Below, piece by piece: positions 35,976 to 50,009 of a stretch of DNA of 64,000 nucleotides (positions are counted from its first letter, which is position 1; every line of letters starts with the position of its first letter). The DNA comes from Pseudovirgaria hyperparasitica (taxonomy: Eukaryota): the NCBI GenBank assembly GCA_010093815.1, contig ML996567.1; one strand, given 5' to 3'. Position numbers and translations under genes: made by a program. The notes beneath the pieces are model-generated. The model was not told the DNA's origin. It searched no databases and saw nothing but the letters and a program-made list of their open reading frames with translations.

Positions 35976-38900
35976 TCACTTCGTTGAGATGGCAGACATC
36001 CATTTCTGTTCGTCCTTCCTGTGAGTTTAGTTAGTCTGAGAGTGTCAAGGTGGTGTGTATCTGCTGTGATCGCACGCACCTGTCAAAATGCAGCAGCATG
36101 CCCAACACCGGCAGTAGCTGCATCTGATACTTCTTGTCTCTCTGCTCGAGAAACTGCAACAGGACGTTCTTGAGATAGACAAAGTCTATCTCTGCCTTAC
36201 TCTCCTTGCCCTCCATCATCGGCGTACGGGCCTTGCCTGCCGGACTTGTGACACGCGACGAGTCCAGCGATGTTCGCGAAGACGGTGTGTCCGCGTTTCT
36301 GGCCGATCCCACTTTCAAGCTCTTCAGTTCATCCGCCATCGTTTTGCTCGACTTTGTGACTTTGTCCAATCGTGCTTGGGTATCGTCCAAGGTGCGCCTC
36401 AAGTCACTTTTCTCCTTGTCCAGCTCGCGAGTCTGCTTCTCGCCCTCATCCAGCGCGTCTCTGAGCTGTGCCATGGCTTGACGCACTTCGGCCACCTCCT
36501 CACTTGCGCGTGCTGCTCTGGTCTCTAGCTCTCCGTTCTGTCGACGCAGCACCCGCTCCGTCGCCTCCAAGTCATCCCGTGCCTCGACAGCTCGCGCCAG
36601 CGCCTTTTCAGCATCGCGTGCCTTTTGTTTCAGTTCCTCTGTCTCGCGGCCGCGTCGTCTTGTCAATGTGTTAGTCTGCTCCTCCGCGCGCTCGCGCTCT
36701 TCCACGGCGATGTCCAAGCGTTCCTGCATGTCCTTGACACGTGCGTCGGCCCGGCCTTGAGCTTCAGCGAGAAGACGCCGCATAGTCTCGCCTTCGCGAG
36801 AGCGTTCGGAAAGCAAGCGATGTGCGTCAGCAAGTTCCTCCTCGAGGGAGTCGCAGCGGCCGCGGATCTCTTTCATCTGGGTGGACATCTCTTGGGTCTG
36901 ATCTTGCATGGAGTTCATAAGGGATTGGGCAGAGGCGTATTGGGCGCTTTTGAGTGAGATGTCTTCACGAAGGCTAGAAGAGTCTGCCTCTAATTGATTG
37001 ACCTGTTTTTCGAGTTCACTGAGCTTCTTCCTCGTGGTTTTGAGCTCCTCTTGAGACTTCATGAGGTCTTTCGTGAGCTTCTCTTTTGACTCTATTGCGT
37101 CAGCTCGCTCGCTCTCGGAGCGTTGTATGTCGCGTTGCGCTTTGCGGTTGGTCTCCTCAAGGCTTATTCTCTGGCTTGTTTCTTGCTTGATCTTGTTGTT
37201 GAGTGCCTTGATATCAGAGTCCTTGTCGGTTACCTGCGACTTGAGCGAAGTTACTTCTGATTTAAGATCTTTCTCCCGCGCTTCTAGCCGTCTGACTTCG
37301 GCGGCTTTTGAACTTAGCTCATCTTTAGTACTCTTGAGTTCCGAGACTTCTTTGCGCAGCGAGACTAGCTCGGGCTGGGCCTTTTGCAGGACCTCACGCA
37401 TGTCAGACAGGTCCTTGAATCGAGTAGCGGCAAGTTGCTGAGCCGCAGAAAGGTCCGTTTGCAATGTGTCTGCCCTCTTTTTAAGGTCCTCGAAATCTCT
37501 GGCCAGAGTATCATGTTTTTGAGTAGAGCTGGTTTGATTAGAAGCATGACTACGCAACTCTGTAATCTCAGTCTCTAGTTCAGCAACGCGTGCCTTGAGA
37601 GCGTTCTTTTGAGCCTCGATTTCCTTGATCTTCTCTTTGGCATCAACATGATCCCCACCGACATTAACGAGATCGTCACGGAGCGATTCAATTTCCTCCT
37701 TCAAGTCATCCTGGTCCTTTAGATTCCTTTGAAGCTTTTCTATTGCAGTCTCTCTCTCGGTGAGCTGCACCTCGAGAGACTTGATCAAAGAGACCTTCTC
37801 TTCCAAATCAGCTTTTACCTGTGTGAGATCTTTTTCCACTTTCTCCAGATTCCCAGAGGAGGAAGCTCCAGTTGCAGCGGTCGTCCCATTAGCTTCAGTA
37901 ATAACAACCGACTCAGCTGCTTTGTTGCCTTTCTTCTTTTTCTTGTTCTTCTTCTTTGAGGCAGCTGATGCTGGTGCTATACTAGGCACTGGTTCTGGCT
38001 CTTCCTTGTCTTCTTCACTCTGTTCCTTACGTATAGACTCTAAATCGTTTCGGGCTTTGTCTCTCTCTTTCTCCGTAATAGATAATTGAGCTCGTAGACT
38101 TTGCATGAGGCCATTCGTGGTGTCTAGTCGTTTCTCGTTCTTGGCTGCAGCCTCGCGGAGCCCGGCAAGTTCCTGCTCTAGGAGTTCGTTTTGCTTGAGC
38201 AGCTTTTCATCCCTTTCTTTCGAAAGATCAGAGTAGTCGGTGTTCGCAGAAGCTCTTTCCAGATTGTTTGTCAATGTCTCCTTTTCAGATTCAAGGCTTG
38301 CTATGCGCTCCTCATGTTCTGAATTTGCGACTTTTTGAGCTACCTCAGCTTTCTGTAGTTGGTCTTTTAGACTAGCGGCTTCAGTCTCCAGTGTCTCTAC
38401 ACGTTCTGAAAGTTCCTTTTCAGCGCGCTGCTTGAGATCTCGGAGAGACTGTAGATCGATAGTTGAGGATTCCAAATTTTGCATAAGGCGTTCTGCCGAC
38501 TCTTTGGTGCTTCCAAGGTCAGTCTTCAGGGCCGCATTCTCCTTCTCGAGATGCTCAACTTTCTTTGCCTTCGTTTGCAGTTCTAACTGAAGCCTTGGTA
38601 ACTCATCCTCGTACGAAAAGAGATCCTTGGATTCGGGTTCTTCGCCTTCCTTGGACGAATCGACAGCTTTAGGCTCTGCCTCACCTTTTTCGGCCTTCAA
38701 AGCTTCTATCTCTAATTTCAACGCAATTGATGACTCTCGTGCTTCCTTGGCAGACTTCTCGGATTCTTCGTGTTTATTTTTGAAGTCGTCTCGCTCCGTC
38801 GACACTCGCTTGAGTTCTTGCAATACCATATCACCTTTAGTATTCAGCTGATTCAGGTATTCCACGAGCGCAGTAGGATCGCTAATGGAGCTCAGGGGGG

Positions 38901-39537
38901 TATTTTCTCGCAGGGAAGCTTCGAATGGCTCGATAGCGGAGACACGAGCATGCGCGATTCGATACGATCGAAGTAGTTCTACTTGTATCAGTCGACCGTC
39001 GACACAGTGCCAACATAGTAGACATACCGCCATATTTGGACTCTAGTTTCTCCAACTTCCGCAGCTTTACGCGAACCTCAGTCGGAAGTTCCACTGGTTT
39101 CGGCCCCTCATCTACGCCAGCTCCGTCGCTCTTATCCCCTTTGTCAGGTTTGTCGCCATCTTGAGAGCCTTGTGCCGGACTATCGGACGATCCTTTGTCC
39201 TTCGCAGACAAGGGGGTCCCAGTACGGCTCAGTTCATCTTCATCGCCTACAACAAAGTCGGGATCGAACTCTGAGGGATCAGGGCCTTTTCCAGCTGGGG
39301 CGCTCTTTGAGGTGCTGTCTGACCGGGTCTGGCGTTTGGACGGAGAACCCGTGCGACCGGAGGAGCGCTTCGCTGTTGATGCGGCTCGCGAAGGGGCTGC
39401 TGGCTGAGTTCCTGAAGCGCGCTGACGAGCTTGCTCTTCAGCTATCCTAGTATCAAGCGCATCTTTCAAGCGCTAAAGTAATACATCAGTTACGTTGGGC
39501 TTGCTGTGTTTACAATAAATGATCGTACCTGAAACAT
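35976..39537 (-). CDS. IMH1: GRIP-domain golgin Imh1-like (4 exons)
   Basis: MFQ|RLKDALDTRIAEEQAR N-terminus, long coiled coil, and C-terminal GRIP IDFVYLKNVLLQFLEQ..LLPVLGMLLHFD..DEQKWM. Confidence 0.9.
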
Positions 39538-39848
39538 GCTGGCGTATTAATTCAGGGACCTTAAAATCTATATATGGTTCTAATGGAACATGTTGCTTAA
39601 AAAGTGCGAAAGGGAAACCAAAGAACTGCTTGAGGACTGAGATCACGTATTCAAGGTCTCATGTAATAATTGTCATTATGGAGAGGACAACTTCGCCATT
39701 TGATACCAACGAACCGACTTGGAAGTCAGCGTAGCGTTGTGCACGGGCCAAGAATTTACCGGCCCGCTAAACTTTTCGACTATCAAGAAAATTCCTGATT
39801 AATCACTTTCCTGCTGTCCCTCACTGCACACCTGCACATACGGAAAAG

Positions 39849-41286
39849 ATGGCAACGATCACGATTTCGCTCCCCCTACCGGTCCTACCAGAGGGCTGGA
39901 CCGCAGAGAAAGACTTCAAAGCTGTTGGCGAAGTTTCCGCAGCAACAAACCGCAGCATCGAACCTGTTGGCCCTCACTTCCTTGCTCATGCGCGAAGAGT
40001 AAGTTTGCGTTGTATTGGTACTACGAACCAAAACTAAAACAACTCATAGAAGCGTCATCGACGCACGTTCTCCGAGGACGACCGTATCCAAGCCCAAGAA
40101 AATGTGAAAAGTGTTGAAGACCAAGATGCTGGAGAAATTAGTGAGCCTGAAGATCAAGTCATGTTGCAGCGTGAGGCAAAGGACTGGAAGGTAGGTTTCG
40201 TCTCTTTTCCATGACGCCGACTGTCAAAATCTTACCAATTCCTAGGGGCAAGACCACTATGCTGTGCTTGGGATCACGAAATACAGATGGAGAGCCACAG
40301 AGGATCAGATCAAGCGCGCCCATCGGAAGAAGGTCTTGAAGCACCACCCCGATAAGAAGGCTGCTGCTGGTGGTACTGAAGACGACCAATTCTTCAAGTG
40401 TATTCAGAAAGCCACCGAAGTTCTCTCTGACCCAGTCAGACGTCGCCAATATGATTCGGTCGATGAAGCTGCTGATGTCGAGCCCCCTACCAAGAAGCAA
40501 ACCCAGAAGGGCAACTTTTATAAGCTTTGGGGACCCGTTTTTGCTGCCGAATCTCGTTTCTCCAAAATACAGCCCGTTCCTCAACTCGGCAACGATAAGA
40601 GTACAAAGGAAGAAGTCGATGAGTTTTACAATTTCTGGTACAACTTTGATAGCTGGAGATCGTTTGAGTATCTCGACGAGGATGTCCCAGACGACAATGA
40701 GAGTCGTGACCAGAGGCGTCACATGGAACGCAAGAACTTGAACGCAAGAAAGAAGAGAAAGACAGAAGATTCTGCTCGTCTGCGAAAGCTTGTGGACGAT
40801 GCTCTAGCTCTTGATGAGCGTATCAAGAAGTTCAGACAAGAGGAGCACGCCCGCAAGAACAAAAAGCGTCTAGAACGCGAAGCCGAGCAAAAGAAGGCTG
40901 CTGAGGACGCTGCAAAGGCAAAGGAAGAGGAGGCAAAGAAGCAGGCCGAGAAAGATGCTGCTGAGAAAGCGGGTAAGGCAGATGCGAAGAAAGCCAAGGA
41001 GCAGGCGAAGAACGCAGTTAAAAAGAATAAGCGTGTCATTCGCGGTGCAGTGAAGGATGCCAACTACTTTGCGACCAGCGGAGATGCATCCGCAAGTCAA
41101 ATTGATGGAGCTTTGAACGACGTTGATCTACTTATCTCCAAGCAGGACCCTGACGAGTTAGCTGCATGGACGGCCAAACTCGATGGTAAGAAGGATGCTG
41201 TCATCATCAAGCAGATCTTCGACGAGGAGGTGAAGACTCTCAAGGACGCCGGCAAGATCAAGGATGGCGAGCTGAAGACTTTGTGA
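39849..41286 (+). CDS. ZUO1: Zuotin, ribosome-associated J-domain chaperone (3 exons)
   Basis: EPVGPHFLAHARR, J-domain with HHPDKK, FYNFWYNFDSWRSFEYLDED and a charged middle domain. Confidence 0.97.
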
Positions 41287-41836
41287 GCATGTACTGACAA
41301 GGAGATTACTTGGTAGACTTTATGGTTATGTACACGTAACTCTCTCAACATTTGCCGTAGATAAAAAGCCAACAACCTTTGTTTTGTCAAACAGGTTCGT
41401 GAAGTCCTTTATACGCTGTATAAAGTCATAAACCAGATATTGTCGTAGTGTCTCTGTTGTATTTGCCCACACCAAATGCGCAAGTGTACTCGGTCAAGAA
41501 ACTTCAACCACTAGTTACCTTAGAAGGTAGGAAGTGCACTCCAGCTTTCCCTGCTTGTATGCGCATATTCCGGTAGCCCTTCTCGTTTTTAATGTACATG
41601 AATCTTTCTTTTTTCAAGCCGCCAAATGATATGTCTAACACCTTCCAAACCTGAAGTCCACACCGTACCCAATACTTCATACACGACACCTCCGCATCCC
41701 CGCCAAACTCTCCGCAATTCTTGGCGCGCATGGATGACGAGAGCTCTGTGCTATCTTCCCTCCGCTGAGGTAGCTACAGTAGCAACATACATTGATCAAA
41801 GTCTTAAATATTTACGAGGTATATCGACTATAAACG

Positions 41837-43374
41837 ATGCAACCGTCACCGTCACCATCGCCTACCTCGGCTGCCTCAAAGAAGGACAGCCCTTCCAGTG
41901 GGTCCTCATCAACAATCCGAGCTTCATCGAGACCAACAGCCCTCAAGTTCGCCGAACCCGTCGTGCAGAAACAGAATGTAGAGAGCCGAACTCCGAAGGT
42001 ATCACTCCAATTCCAAGCCCACAGTAAATCGCGGCCATCGACTGGAAGTCCTAAGTCCTCCGTTGGTGAGAAGCGACGAATGTCGTCCCCACCGCCTCCG
42101 CCGTAAGTCCAACAACATCATGTTTCGCTCCATGCATGAACACGAGCCTGACTGTAGTGTACAAATGTTGGCCTCGGTCGTTTTGGACCCTAGACCATCA
42201 TCGCGCACCAGCAATTCTCTCAGCTTTCAACATCTAGGATATACATATATGCATATAGGCTAATCCACTATAGTGTATTCCGCCCACGTGTCTCCTTCGA
42301 TACCTTCGACAAGCCTGCCGATTTCATAGAAGAAAACTCGTTTACACTAGTTTCGAAACACAAAGACTATGCATACACGAAAAGGTCTAGAACATTTTTA
42401 TGCGGCATCGACTCAAATGACTATTCTGAATATGCTTTGGAGTGGCTGATAGATGAGCTAGTTGACGACGGGGACGAAATTGTTTGTCTTCGGGTGGTCG
42501 ATAAGGACGCGAGCATTGCCGATGAAAAGGCTATCGAGAAAGGTCGATATCAGGATGAGGCCAGGACGATGATGAAGCGAGTACAAGCAAAAAACCACGA
42601 GAGCAAAGCCATCAATGTGGTGCTAGAATTCGCTGTTGGGAAAGTGAACAAGGTCATTGATGAGATGGTAAGCATCCGCAAGGTTTAACAAGCAATATCT
42701 AACTCACCTAGATTAACCTATACGAGCCAGCAATACTAGTTGTGGGTACTCGTGGCCGTAGTCTGGCAGGTTTCCAGGGTCTCTTGCCTGGTTCTGTATC
42801 AAAGTACTGCCTACAACATTCTCCGGTTCCGGTCATAGTTGTCCGACCGAATTCCAAAAGAGCCAAAGCGAAACGTAAGCGTCACGACGACCCTACGCGC
42901 CGTGGTTATCGAGATATCCTCGATAAGAGTGGTCCAGAGGGAGGACATATGATCGACTTCGACGTTCAGAACCCAATATTCGACGAAAGCCAGCCAGCAT
43001 CAGAGGATGAAGCAGCAGCCGTCGCTGAGGCCAACGCATACAAGGAGAGCCCAGAACGACATCCGCTCGCTCAACTTGTCACCCCAGCATCCTTGGCAAA
43101 AGTTGCTGCTGAGGCGGAAGCCGAAGCCGGAACGCCACCAGGAGCAAGTCGAATCATGAAGAGCCCGAGTCTGGGGACATTAGAGAGCCCTTTGTTGAGT
43201 TCAGAGGATAGTGAAGATGAAGATCAAGGTGGTGTAAGCATAGAAGCCCACCCCGAGAAGGTTGCACTCTCTGAGGACACAAGACCTGCCACAACCGCCG
43301 ACTCCATACCGGAAGAGACTGAGCTACCTTCACGGCCCAAAGTGACGTTTGGAGAGCCCCCAGAAAAGAAATGA
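41837..43374 (+). CDS. Universal stress protein (USP) domain protein (3 exons)
   Basis: RSRTFLCGIDSNDYSEYALEWL, EFAVGKV and LVVGTRGRSLAGFQGLLPGSVSKYCLQHSPVPVIVVRP. Confidence 0.9.
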
Positions 43375-43954
43375 GGTGCAATCGCTTCCAAGCATATGTA
43401 ACGATATTTTTATACCCCTTCGTTTTCTTAACGTCTGGCGCAGGTCGTTGGCGGACTCATTAGTGACTGGAGGCGGCTGTAGACTTTACAGAGGGCAATG
43501 GTTTACTGAATGACACTCATTCCGATAGAGCATCACATCTGCAATTGTTGTTATAGATCAAATTACGCACTTGCCGTTGATGAGGTGCAAGTATGGCGAA
43601 GCAGTGGCCAAGGACAGCGTTCTGATCTTGAATCATGAAGCCGTGCCCTGGATGCACCAGGTCAACAAGATCATTAAAATGGGTCTCGACTCGTAGGAAT
43701 GATCGACAATCGTGCAGTAATTAGTCCGTGCGCTGGGAGAGCTGCTGCGGCACTGACGCAACAAGGATTCACGTTGGATTTATGGTGGTCCGTGCTCACG
43801 TAACCTGCTCGTCGCCTTGTGCCTCTCTATATTCAAGTATTCATTCCTCCCTCGCATGCACACTCATTTGTGCCCTTACCTATTCAATGTACTTAAATCA
43901 CTCGTCTGATTCTCGTTCGGACTCAGTCACACAGACATTGCGGCCATGTTTGCC

Positions 43955-45604
43955 ATGCTGCCTTTCTACAGTACATGCGATGAGTGCTCGCTCAAGACGT
44001 CAAGACAGAAGTTCATTAGTTTGACCTTCAAGTCCTTGCCGTTTCTCCTTACATTCTTAGTTGTCGCAATCGTCGTGTACACCAGATTATTTCCTCTTCT
44101 TGCAGGAAGAGACGAGCCGGTCAAAGAACGCCGTGACAGCCTGCCCACTCATTCGAAAAGCTTCGGCGAGAAATCCAGCCACTGGACGTCCCGCTTCTCC
44201 ACATCCGCCAAACGTATAGCTGGAGTCACTTTCGCAACAAATATAGCATTATCTGCAGTCTTAATCGAACTCTTACTCTGCGAAATATCTGATGCCCTGA
44301 ATCCAGCGGCACGCAGCCTTGCTCTGCGGGTTACAGTCCCCCTTCTACTATATCTCCTCATCCTAGTGACCCCGGCACTCGAATTCCATTCCATCATAAG
44401 CGCAGCGGGGTATGGCTTCGTCAATGCAAAGAAAGGCAATAGAAGGGTAGCATGGCTTCTTCAGCTTCTGGCCTTGACGGCATGGCTCGTAGGGTTTTGG
44501 TATCTGGGCAGAGGACTTCTTGGCTCATACTTGCATGAGAAGTCATATGTTCGCCAGCACAGCTTTAGCGAAGGATGTCTTGAAAGAATCGGCGTGATAG
44601 GGATAGCCCTTATGGCTTCCTTGGCTGGCTTTGCAGCTGTTTCATCGATATGGCAGTCATTTGGAATCAAGTCGAGGATTGTATGTCAGCTGACAGGTCT
44701 ATTGTGGCCTTACTAAGATTTGACTTAGGTCACCGAGGCTGATATTGCACGGAAGCAAGCTGGACTTGAAGCGACGACGGAAATGCTAGATACGAAACAA
44801 AGCAGACTGCGCGCCCTGCAAAGAAAGGTAACCGAAGTCCCAAACACTGGAATTATGAATCGCGTCTTTACCACCATAAGCGGGAATCCAGAAGGTCAAG
44901 AGCGTAGCGCTTTGCATATGGAAGTCTCTGGATTGGAGACGATGCAAAGGTCTTTAAAACATTCGCTTGCGACCCTCAAAAATCGCAGACAAGAACAGCA
45001 ACGGGCCAAGACTGCACTGGGCCGCTTTCTAAATCTCGTTCAATACATCTTCGCACTCTACTGTATGTATAGACTAGGCGCAACAACACTCGCGACCGTG
45101 CGAAGATTCCGGTCCCCAGACACAACATTCTCAAACTCCGACCCGGTCAACAACATCCTGGCTCTCCTCGCAAAGCACTGGGACCCGAAGCTAGATAGAG
45201 CAGCCTGGAGCCGTCAGATATCTTTTCTGCTCTCCGGAGTCATGCTACTTGCGAGCTTTAACGCGGTCCTTCAGACATTCCTGCTCTTCGCTAGATTTTT
45301 GCCGGGCGTATTGCAGCATGCACAGGCGAATCTTGCACTTATCGTTTCGCAGGTTGCTGCGACCTATGTGATCAGCTCGACTCTTCTTCTTCGCAGTAAT
45401 CTACCAAGGGAGATGAGCACTGTGATATCTGATGCACTAGGGGCACCCCTAGAGCCGAAGTTCGTTGAGCGGTGGTTCGAAGGCTGGTTCCTGACCATCG
45501 CGGCCGCGACGGCACTTGGAATCTGGATCAGTAGAAAGATGAGGAGCGTTGAGTGGGACGATGACTATGGTGGCACGGATGTGGAGATGGGAAAGATGAA
45601 TTAG
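43955..45604 (+). CDS. GPR89/GPHR (ABA-GPCR-like Golgi pH regulator) family membrane protein (exons ~43955-44680 and 44729-45604)
   Basis: ELLLCEI, RIGVIGIALMASLAGFAAVS, a central coiled coil, DPVNNIL, SRQISFLLSG and YVISSTLLLRSNLP. Confidence 0.88.
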
Positions 45605-45959
45605 TCTATGAGGGCTGGATTGCTGGCGTTTGAGGTTTAAGCTAAAAGAGAATTTACACAGAACCCTGCAGAAGGTGTGATCATCCGAATATTATTCAAA
45701 ATGCAGTTGCGTTATGACTCCCCGTCTCTTATGGACGCACACTCGTTCGTGATTTCTTTGAGTAAACTATTGTCATTGCCAAAATGTTTCTACAACTCTT
45801 TACCCTTTTTGACTTAGCGCGCTTTGTATCGCATCTTAACAATGCGAAATCTCTGAATTCGGTGTACCGTCTTGAGCAACGAAGAACACAACAAGCGCTT
45901 GTCGAAGTGCCGCTCCTTCGCAGCAATGGCACATAGCTCTGTCAGATTATAAGACGATC

Positions 45960-47141
45960 ATGGACCATCTCAAATCCTTCCTCAACTGGTCCAGGGGGCA
46001 GGGTCTTGTGTGGGACGGTATCGACTTCAAGAGCTATCCAGGCCGCGGCACAGGCGTGATCGCAACTCGAAACCTAAAGGTCTAGCAGGCCCTGTTAATA
46101 CACTGCGCACGCTGACCTTTGGTTCAGAAAGGGGAAATAATCCTTACTGCGCCATTTCGTACATACCGTACATTGGACACCCTCTCACCACAAGTATCAG
46201 ACGCTCTCTCTGACCTTACACTTCATGCTCGTCTAGCCGCAGATCTATCTCTCGACAACACGCCCGGCTTCAAGCTATGGACAGATATGCTTCCTTCCGT
46301 CGCAGATCTTGAAGCCTCGTACCCATTCTTCTGGCCCAAGAATCTCCAGGAGCTGCTACCGGCGAAAGCTAAGCGCATATTACATAGCCAATTGCGACGA
46401 TATGCGCAAGAATGGGCAGCTGTCTCGTGTGCATTTCCAGAACTAAATGAGCCTGATTTTCGGTACTATTGGATCATCGTCAACTCTCGCGCGTTCTATC
46501 TCATGACACCAAGCATGGAGAAACTGGATCCTGATGACCTGCTCACATTGGTCCCAGTGGCGGATCTGTTCAATCATGCGGATACTGGTGTCGAGACAAC
46601 AATCGAGCCTGAGACATACAAGTATAGTACTGATCGTGAGTACGCACTAGGGGAGGAGATTGTGCTGTGCTACGCGGAGGAATCAAATGACTACCTCCTT
46701 ACTGAGTATGGCTTCATACCAGACGTGAATAAATGGGACAGCGTATGTCTCGACGACATGATACTGCCGCTCTTGAATGAAGAGCAGAAGAAGGCCCTGG
46801 TTACGAGAGAGTACTATGGGAAGTACACCATCACTGCGACCACACTGGGGTGCTGGAGAACCCAAGTAGCGCTGCGACTTATATGCTGCACGAAACAGAA
46901 CTGGGAGGAATTCGTTCGAGGCGTGCATGACGGAGGACTGTCGCAGTCGAAGGTGGATGAGTTGCTGGTATCGCTGTTGCGTGATTACCAAGTCACGGTC
47001 GATGAATCATTAAAACAGTGTACAAATCTCGTAGAGGATCAGCACGGACGGCGAGAGGTACTTGTCAGGAGGTGGCAGCAACTTCGGGAAATAGTTGCCG
47101 AGGTGTTGTCCAAATTTGACAAAAAGCTGGAGAACAGGTGA
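45960..47141 (+). CDS. SET-domain protein lysine methyltransferase (Rkm2/SETD4-like), one intron
   Basis: GRGTGVIATRNLK|KGEIIL, IVNSRAFY, LVPVADLFNH, GEEIVLCY and NDYLLTEYGF. Confidence 0.9.
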
Positions 47142-47813
47142 CGGAAGTGTACAGAGAACAGTTACGCGATAATGAGTCCGTGTTATACCCATCTTCCGAT
47201 AGCGATAGAAGCTTTGCCCTCATGACTTGGTGCTACACTTGTTCGGAACCGACTTCCCGTCGTCTCAACACTTTCAGGGGTTGGTGCTTAGGTATGCTTG
47301 GACTGATGGAAGAACTGGTGTAAGGACTGGCTGGGCACAGACATTGCTCGGAGCAGTGAATCTACCATCAATTCTAGAACGAGATATCTGCTTCTCGCCA
47401 AAGGATGTCATTTGAACAGCGTAAGGCGGAGGTAGGTCCACCGTCCCGATCCTGGATGGTATTGTACGGCTTTGTTTATCTACCAGTGTATCGAGGAATA
47501 TGACTCTTAGCGTATGTGAAACTTGGCGGTTTCCCCTGCCTTTCACAGTGTTTACAATAAAAGTGATAGTACCAAGCCAGAACATTGAGAAAGCAAGGGA
47601 GCTAACCAGCCTATTGAGCGACCAAGCCGCACACAAACGTAACACTGCCAAGTGCCTTATGCTTGTTCTTGACTGTCCAAAAAAAACTTTCGTCTTTTCT
47701 CCTCTGTCCGTTGTCTTCGTCTCTTTGCAAGTCTCAAAGTCTTTCATCTCTTTTCCTGTCTATATACGAGATATCGTCACCTGTCACGGTCCGGAACATC
47801 TCACTCATCCAGC

Positions 47814-50009
47814 ATGCCCAGGAATCCGAAAAATCTGACAATCGACACCTCCATCACGACACCGAACATCTCTGCAACCAACGACTCCAGCAGCCCCCTC
47901 AGCAGCGTCCCATCCAATCCTGTCTCCAGTCCTACAGAGATAGCACCTCCACCTGCTTTCAAACCCGCAATCAACAGGACAATCCTCCGCTCGAAATCCC
48001 AGCCCCCTACTACTACGACTGCTACTCAACCCCCTGCCCCTATGGCTCCTCGTAAGGGTACGGCAGATGCCAAGGCTAATGCAGGCTTGAAGCCAAAGCC
48101 AAGACAGAATGCAGCTGCAGCAGCTAAAGCCAAATCGGCTTCGCCCATCGAGGCTCATGTCCCTGAGAAATACAGGACGACTTCTCTGGCAGCACAAACA
48201 CAAGCACAAGCACAACCCAGCACCGACGCCCCAGTAGGCCGAAAACTTGCGAAGGCTACAAAATCGGCACGCAAACGACCAGTCTACGACGACTCCAATG
48301 ATGATGACGACGATGACGACGATGATGGCAATGGCGACAAGGAAGCCGAGCACGTCCGCGATAGCGACACGTCTAAATCGTCCCACACCAGAGACCTCAA
48401 AGCCGCGAGGAAAGGGAAGCAAAAGGTCATTGACAAAGACCCACCCAGATCTCCCTCCAAGTCTCCCTCCGCACCTCCTGAGAACATAGTCAAACGCAAG
48501 ATCCCGCCAGGTAATCGTCTGCCGGGTAAAGGCAATGCCAAAGCCAGTTCAGGGAGGAGAGTACCTAGACGAATACCAAAGGATCATTTGGGTCGACTGA
48601 TCAGAAACCCAAAGTTGATACCTAAAGCTACGGCGATGCTCAAGGCTGCGGCGGCAGCCTATAAAGCTGATAGAGAGGAGGAAGGCGAGGATAGTAGTGA
48701 AAGCTATCGCATAGATGAGGAGGATGATGAGCACCTGCCGTCCCAGGAGCATCACGATGACGAAAATCATGATAGGCGGCAGGACGAAGACTACATGGCA
48801 GAGGACGAGGGTGCTGAGGGCGGTGCTAGTCTCGAGAGAGACGAAGCAAATGAAAGCAACGAGGACCCCGATGATGGGCCTTTCCCGGGCAAGACTGGGA
48901 AATCTGCCAGCTCGAGCAATTTCAGGGGCACAGAGCCATCGTCCGGTAGCGAGAGCAGCAGCTCTCACATCTCTGCTCGCCCCCGCCCAGGAGAGCCACA
49001 AAAGCAGGTTCTCGGGCGCAAGAGAGGCAATGGAGCTGCTACCAAGGCGAGCGTCAGTGGACGAGGAAGACCTAGCAATGGTTGGAGAGGTGCTGCCCCT
49101 GGGGCACCTGACGATTCAGACCACTCGTCCAGCGACGGCTCTGGCAGGAATGCCAACATTCCTCGCCGTCGTAGCCCGGGACCATCGCCCCCTGAGAGAG
49201 CCAACGGCCAGTCTCGCGGTCAACACAGGCCGCAGCACGATGATCTTCGAGATGCCATCAGAGCGTTTGGCAGTTCTCCCGACGGGGACGAAGACGACTC
49301 CGAGGCCGACAATGGCCTAGACACCCCCTCCGACGCCCTCTCCACCACCGAGGACGACGACGACAACAACAACAACAACGACAACGACGCCCGCACCATC
49401 CCAGGCTGGCACAACGCCGAATACCTCCAATTCGACATCGACATGAACAAGCGCTACCTCACCCACATCGAGGGCCTACAAAACTCCTTCCTCCACGCCC
49501 AGAGCATGAACCAGAACCTCCTCAACAAGCTCAACCGCAGACGGCTCCGAGAGCGAGGCCTACACACCCGACACGCCGCCGCCTCCCTCAACGACGACAA
49601 CGACGAGCACGCCCAGCAAGCCGCCGAGATCGCCAAACTGCGCAAGCAGAAGCGCGACCTGCTGCGGCGCAACCTGGAGCTGCGGAAGCGCGAGCGTGCG
49701 CTGCGGCCGCTGGCGCAGAACGCAAAGTTCTATGTTCGCGGGTACAGGCGCTACAAGAGTAGGTCTCTGCGGGAGTCGGGCGCGTCGTGGGTGGATTCGG
49801 ACGGGGATATCTTTGGTGATGCGGATTTTCCGGGGAGTGAGGGGGTGGAGGAGGGAGAGGAGGCGGAGGTCGAGCCGGTTGCTCCGACCATGGCACGCTC
49901 GAAGAAGAGGGGCCGGGGAGAGGTGGAGGAGGATGAGGAGGTGGAGGGGGCTGGTGGGAGGAGACTGCCTCCGGCGAAGAAGACGAAGAGGGCAGGGGGG
50001 AGGAAGTGA
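47814..50009 (+). CDS. Low-complexity, largely disordered orphan with a C-terminal coiled coil and NLS-like end
   Basis: 731-aa open frame with alternating basic and acidic blocks, coiled-coil-like EIAKLRKQKRDLLRRNLEL and terminal PPAKKTKR. Confidence 0.6.
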   Translation: MPRNPKNLTIDTSITTPNISATNDSSSPLSSVPSNPVSSPTEIAPPPAFKPAINRTILRSKSQPPTTTTATQPPAPMAPRKGTADAKANAGLKPKPRQNAAAAAKAKSASPIEAHVPEKYRTTSLAAQTQAQAQPSTDAPVGRKLAKATKSARKRPVYDDSNDDDDDDDDDGNGDKEAEHVRDSDTSKSSHTRDLKAARKGKQKVIDKDPPRSPSKSPSAPPENIVKRKIPPGNRLPGKGNAKASSGRRVPRRIPKDHLGRLIRNPKLIPKATAMLKAAAAAYKADREEEGEDSSESYRIDEEDDEHLPSQEHHDDENHDRRQDEDYMAEDEGAEGGASLERDEANESNEDPDDGPFPGKTGKSASSSNFRGTEPSSGSESSSSHISARPRPGEPQKQVLGRKRGNGAATKASVSGRGRPSNGWRGAAPGAPDDSDHSSSDGSGRNANIPRRRSPGPSPPERANGQSRGQHRPQHDDLRDAIRAFGSSPDGDEDDSEADNGLDTPSDALSTTEDDDDNNNNNDNDARTIPGWHNAEYLQFDIDMNKRYLTHIEGLQNSFLHAQSMNQNLLNKLNRRRLRERGLHTRHAAASLNDDNDEHAQQAAEIAKLRKQKRDLLRRNLELRKRERALRPLAQNAKFYVRGYRRYKSRSLRESGASWVDSDGDIFGDADFPGSEGVEEGEEAEVEPVAPTMARSKKRGRGEVEEDEEVEGAGGRRLPPAKKTKRAGGRK

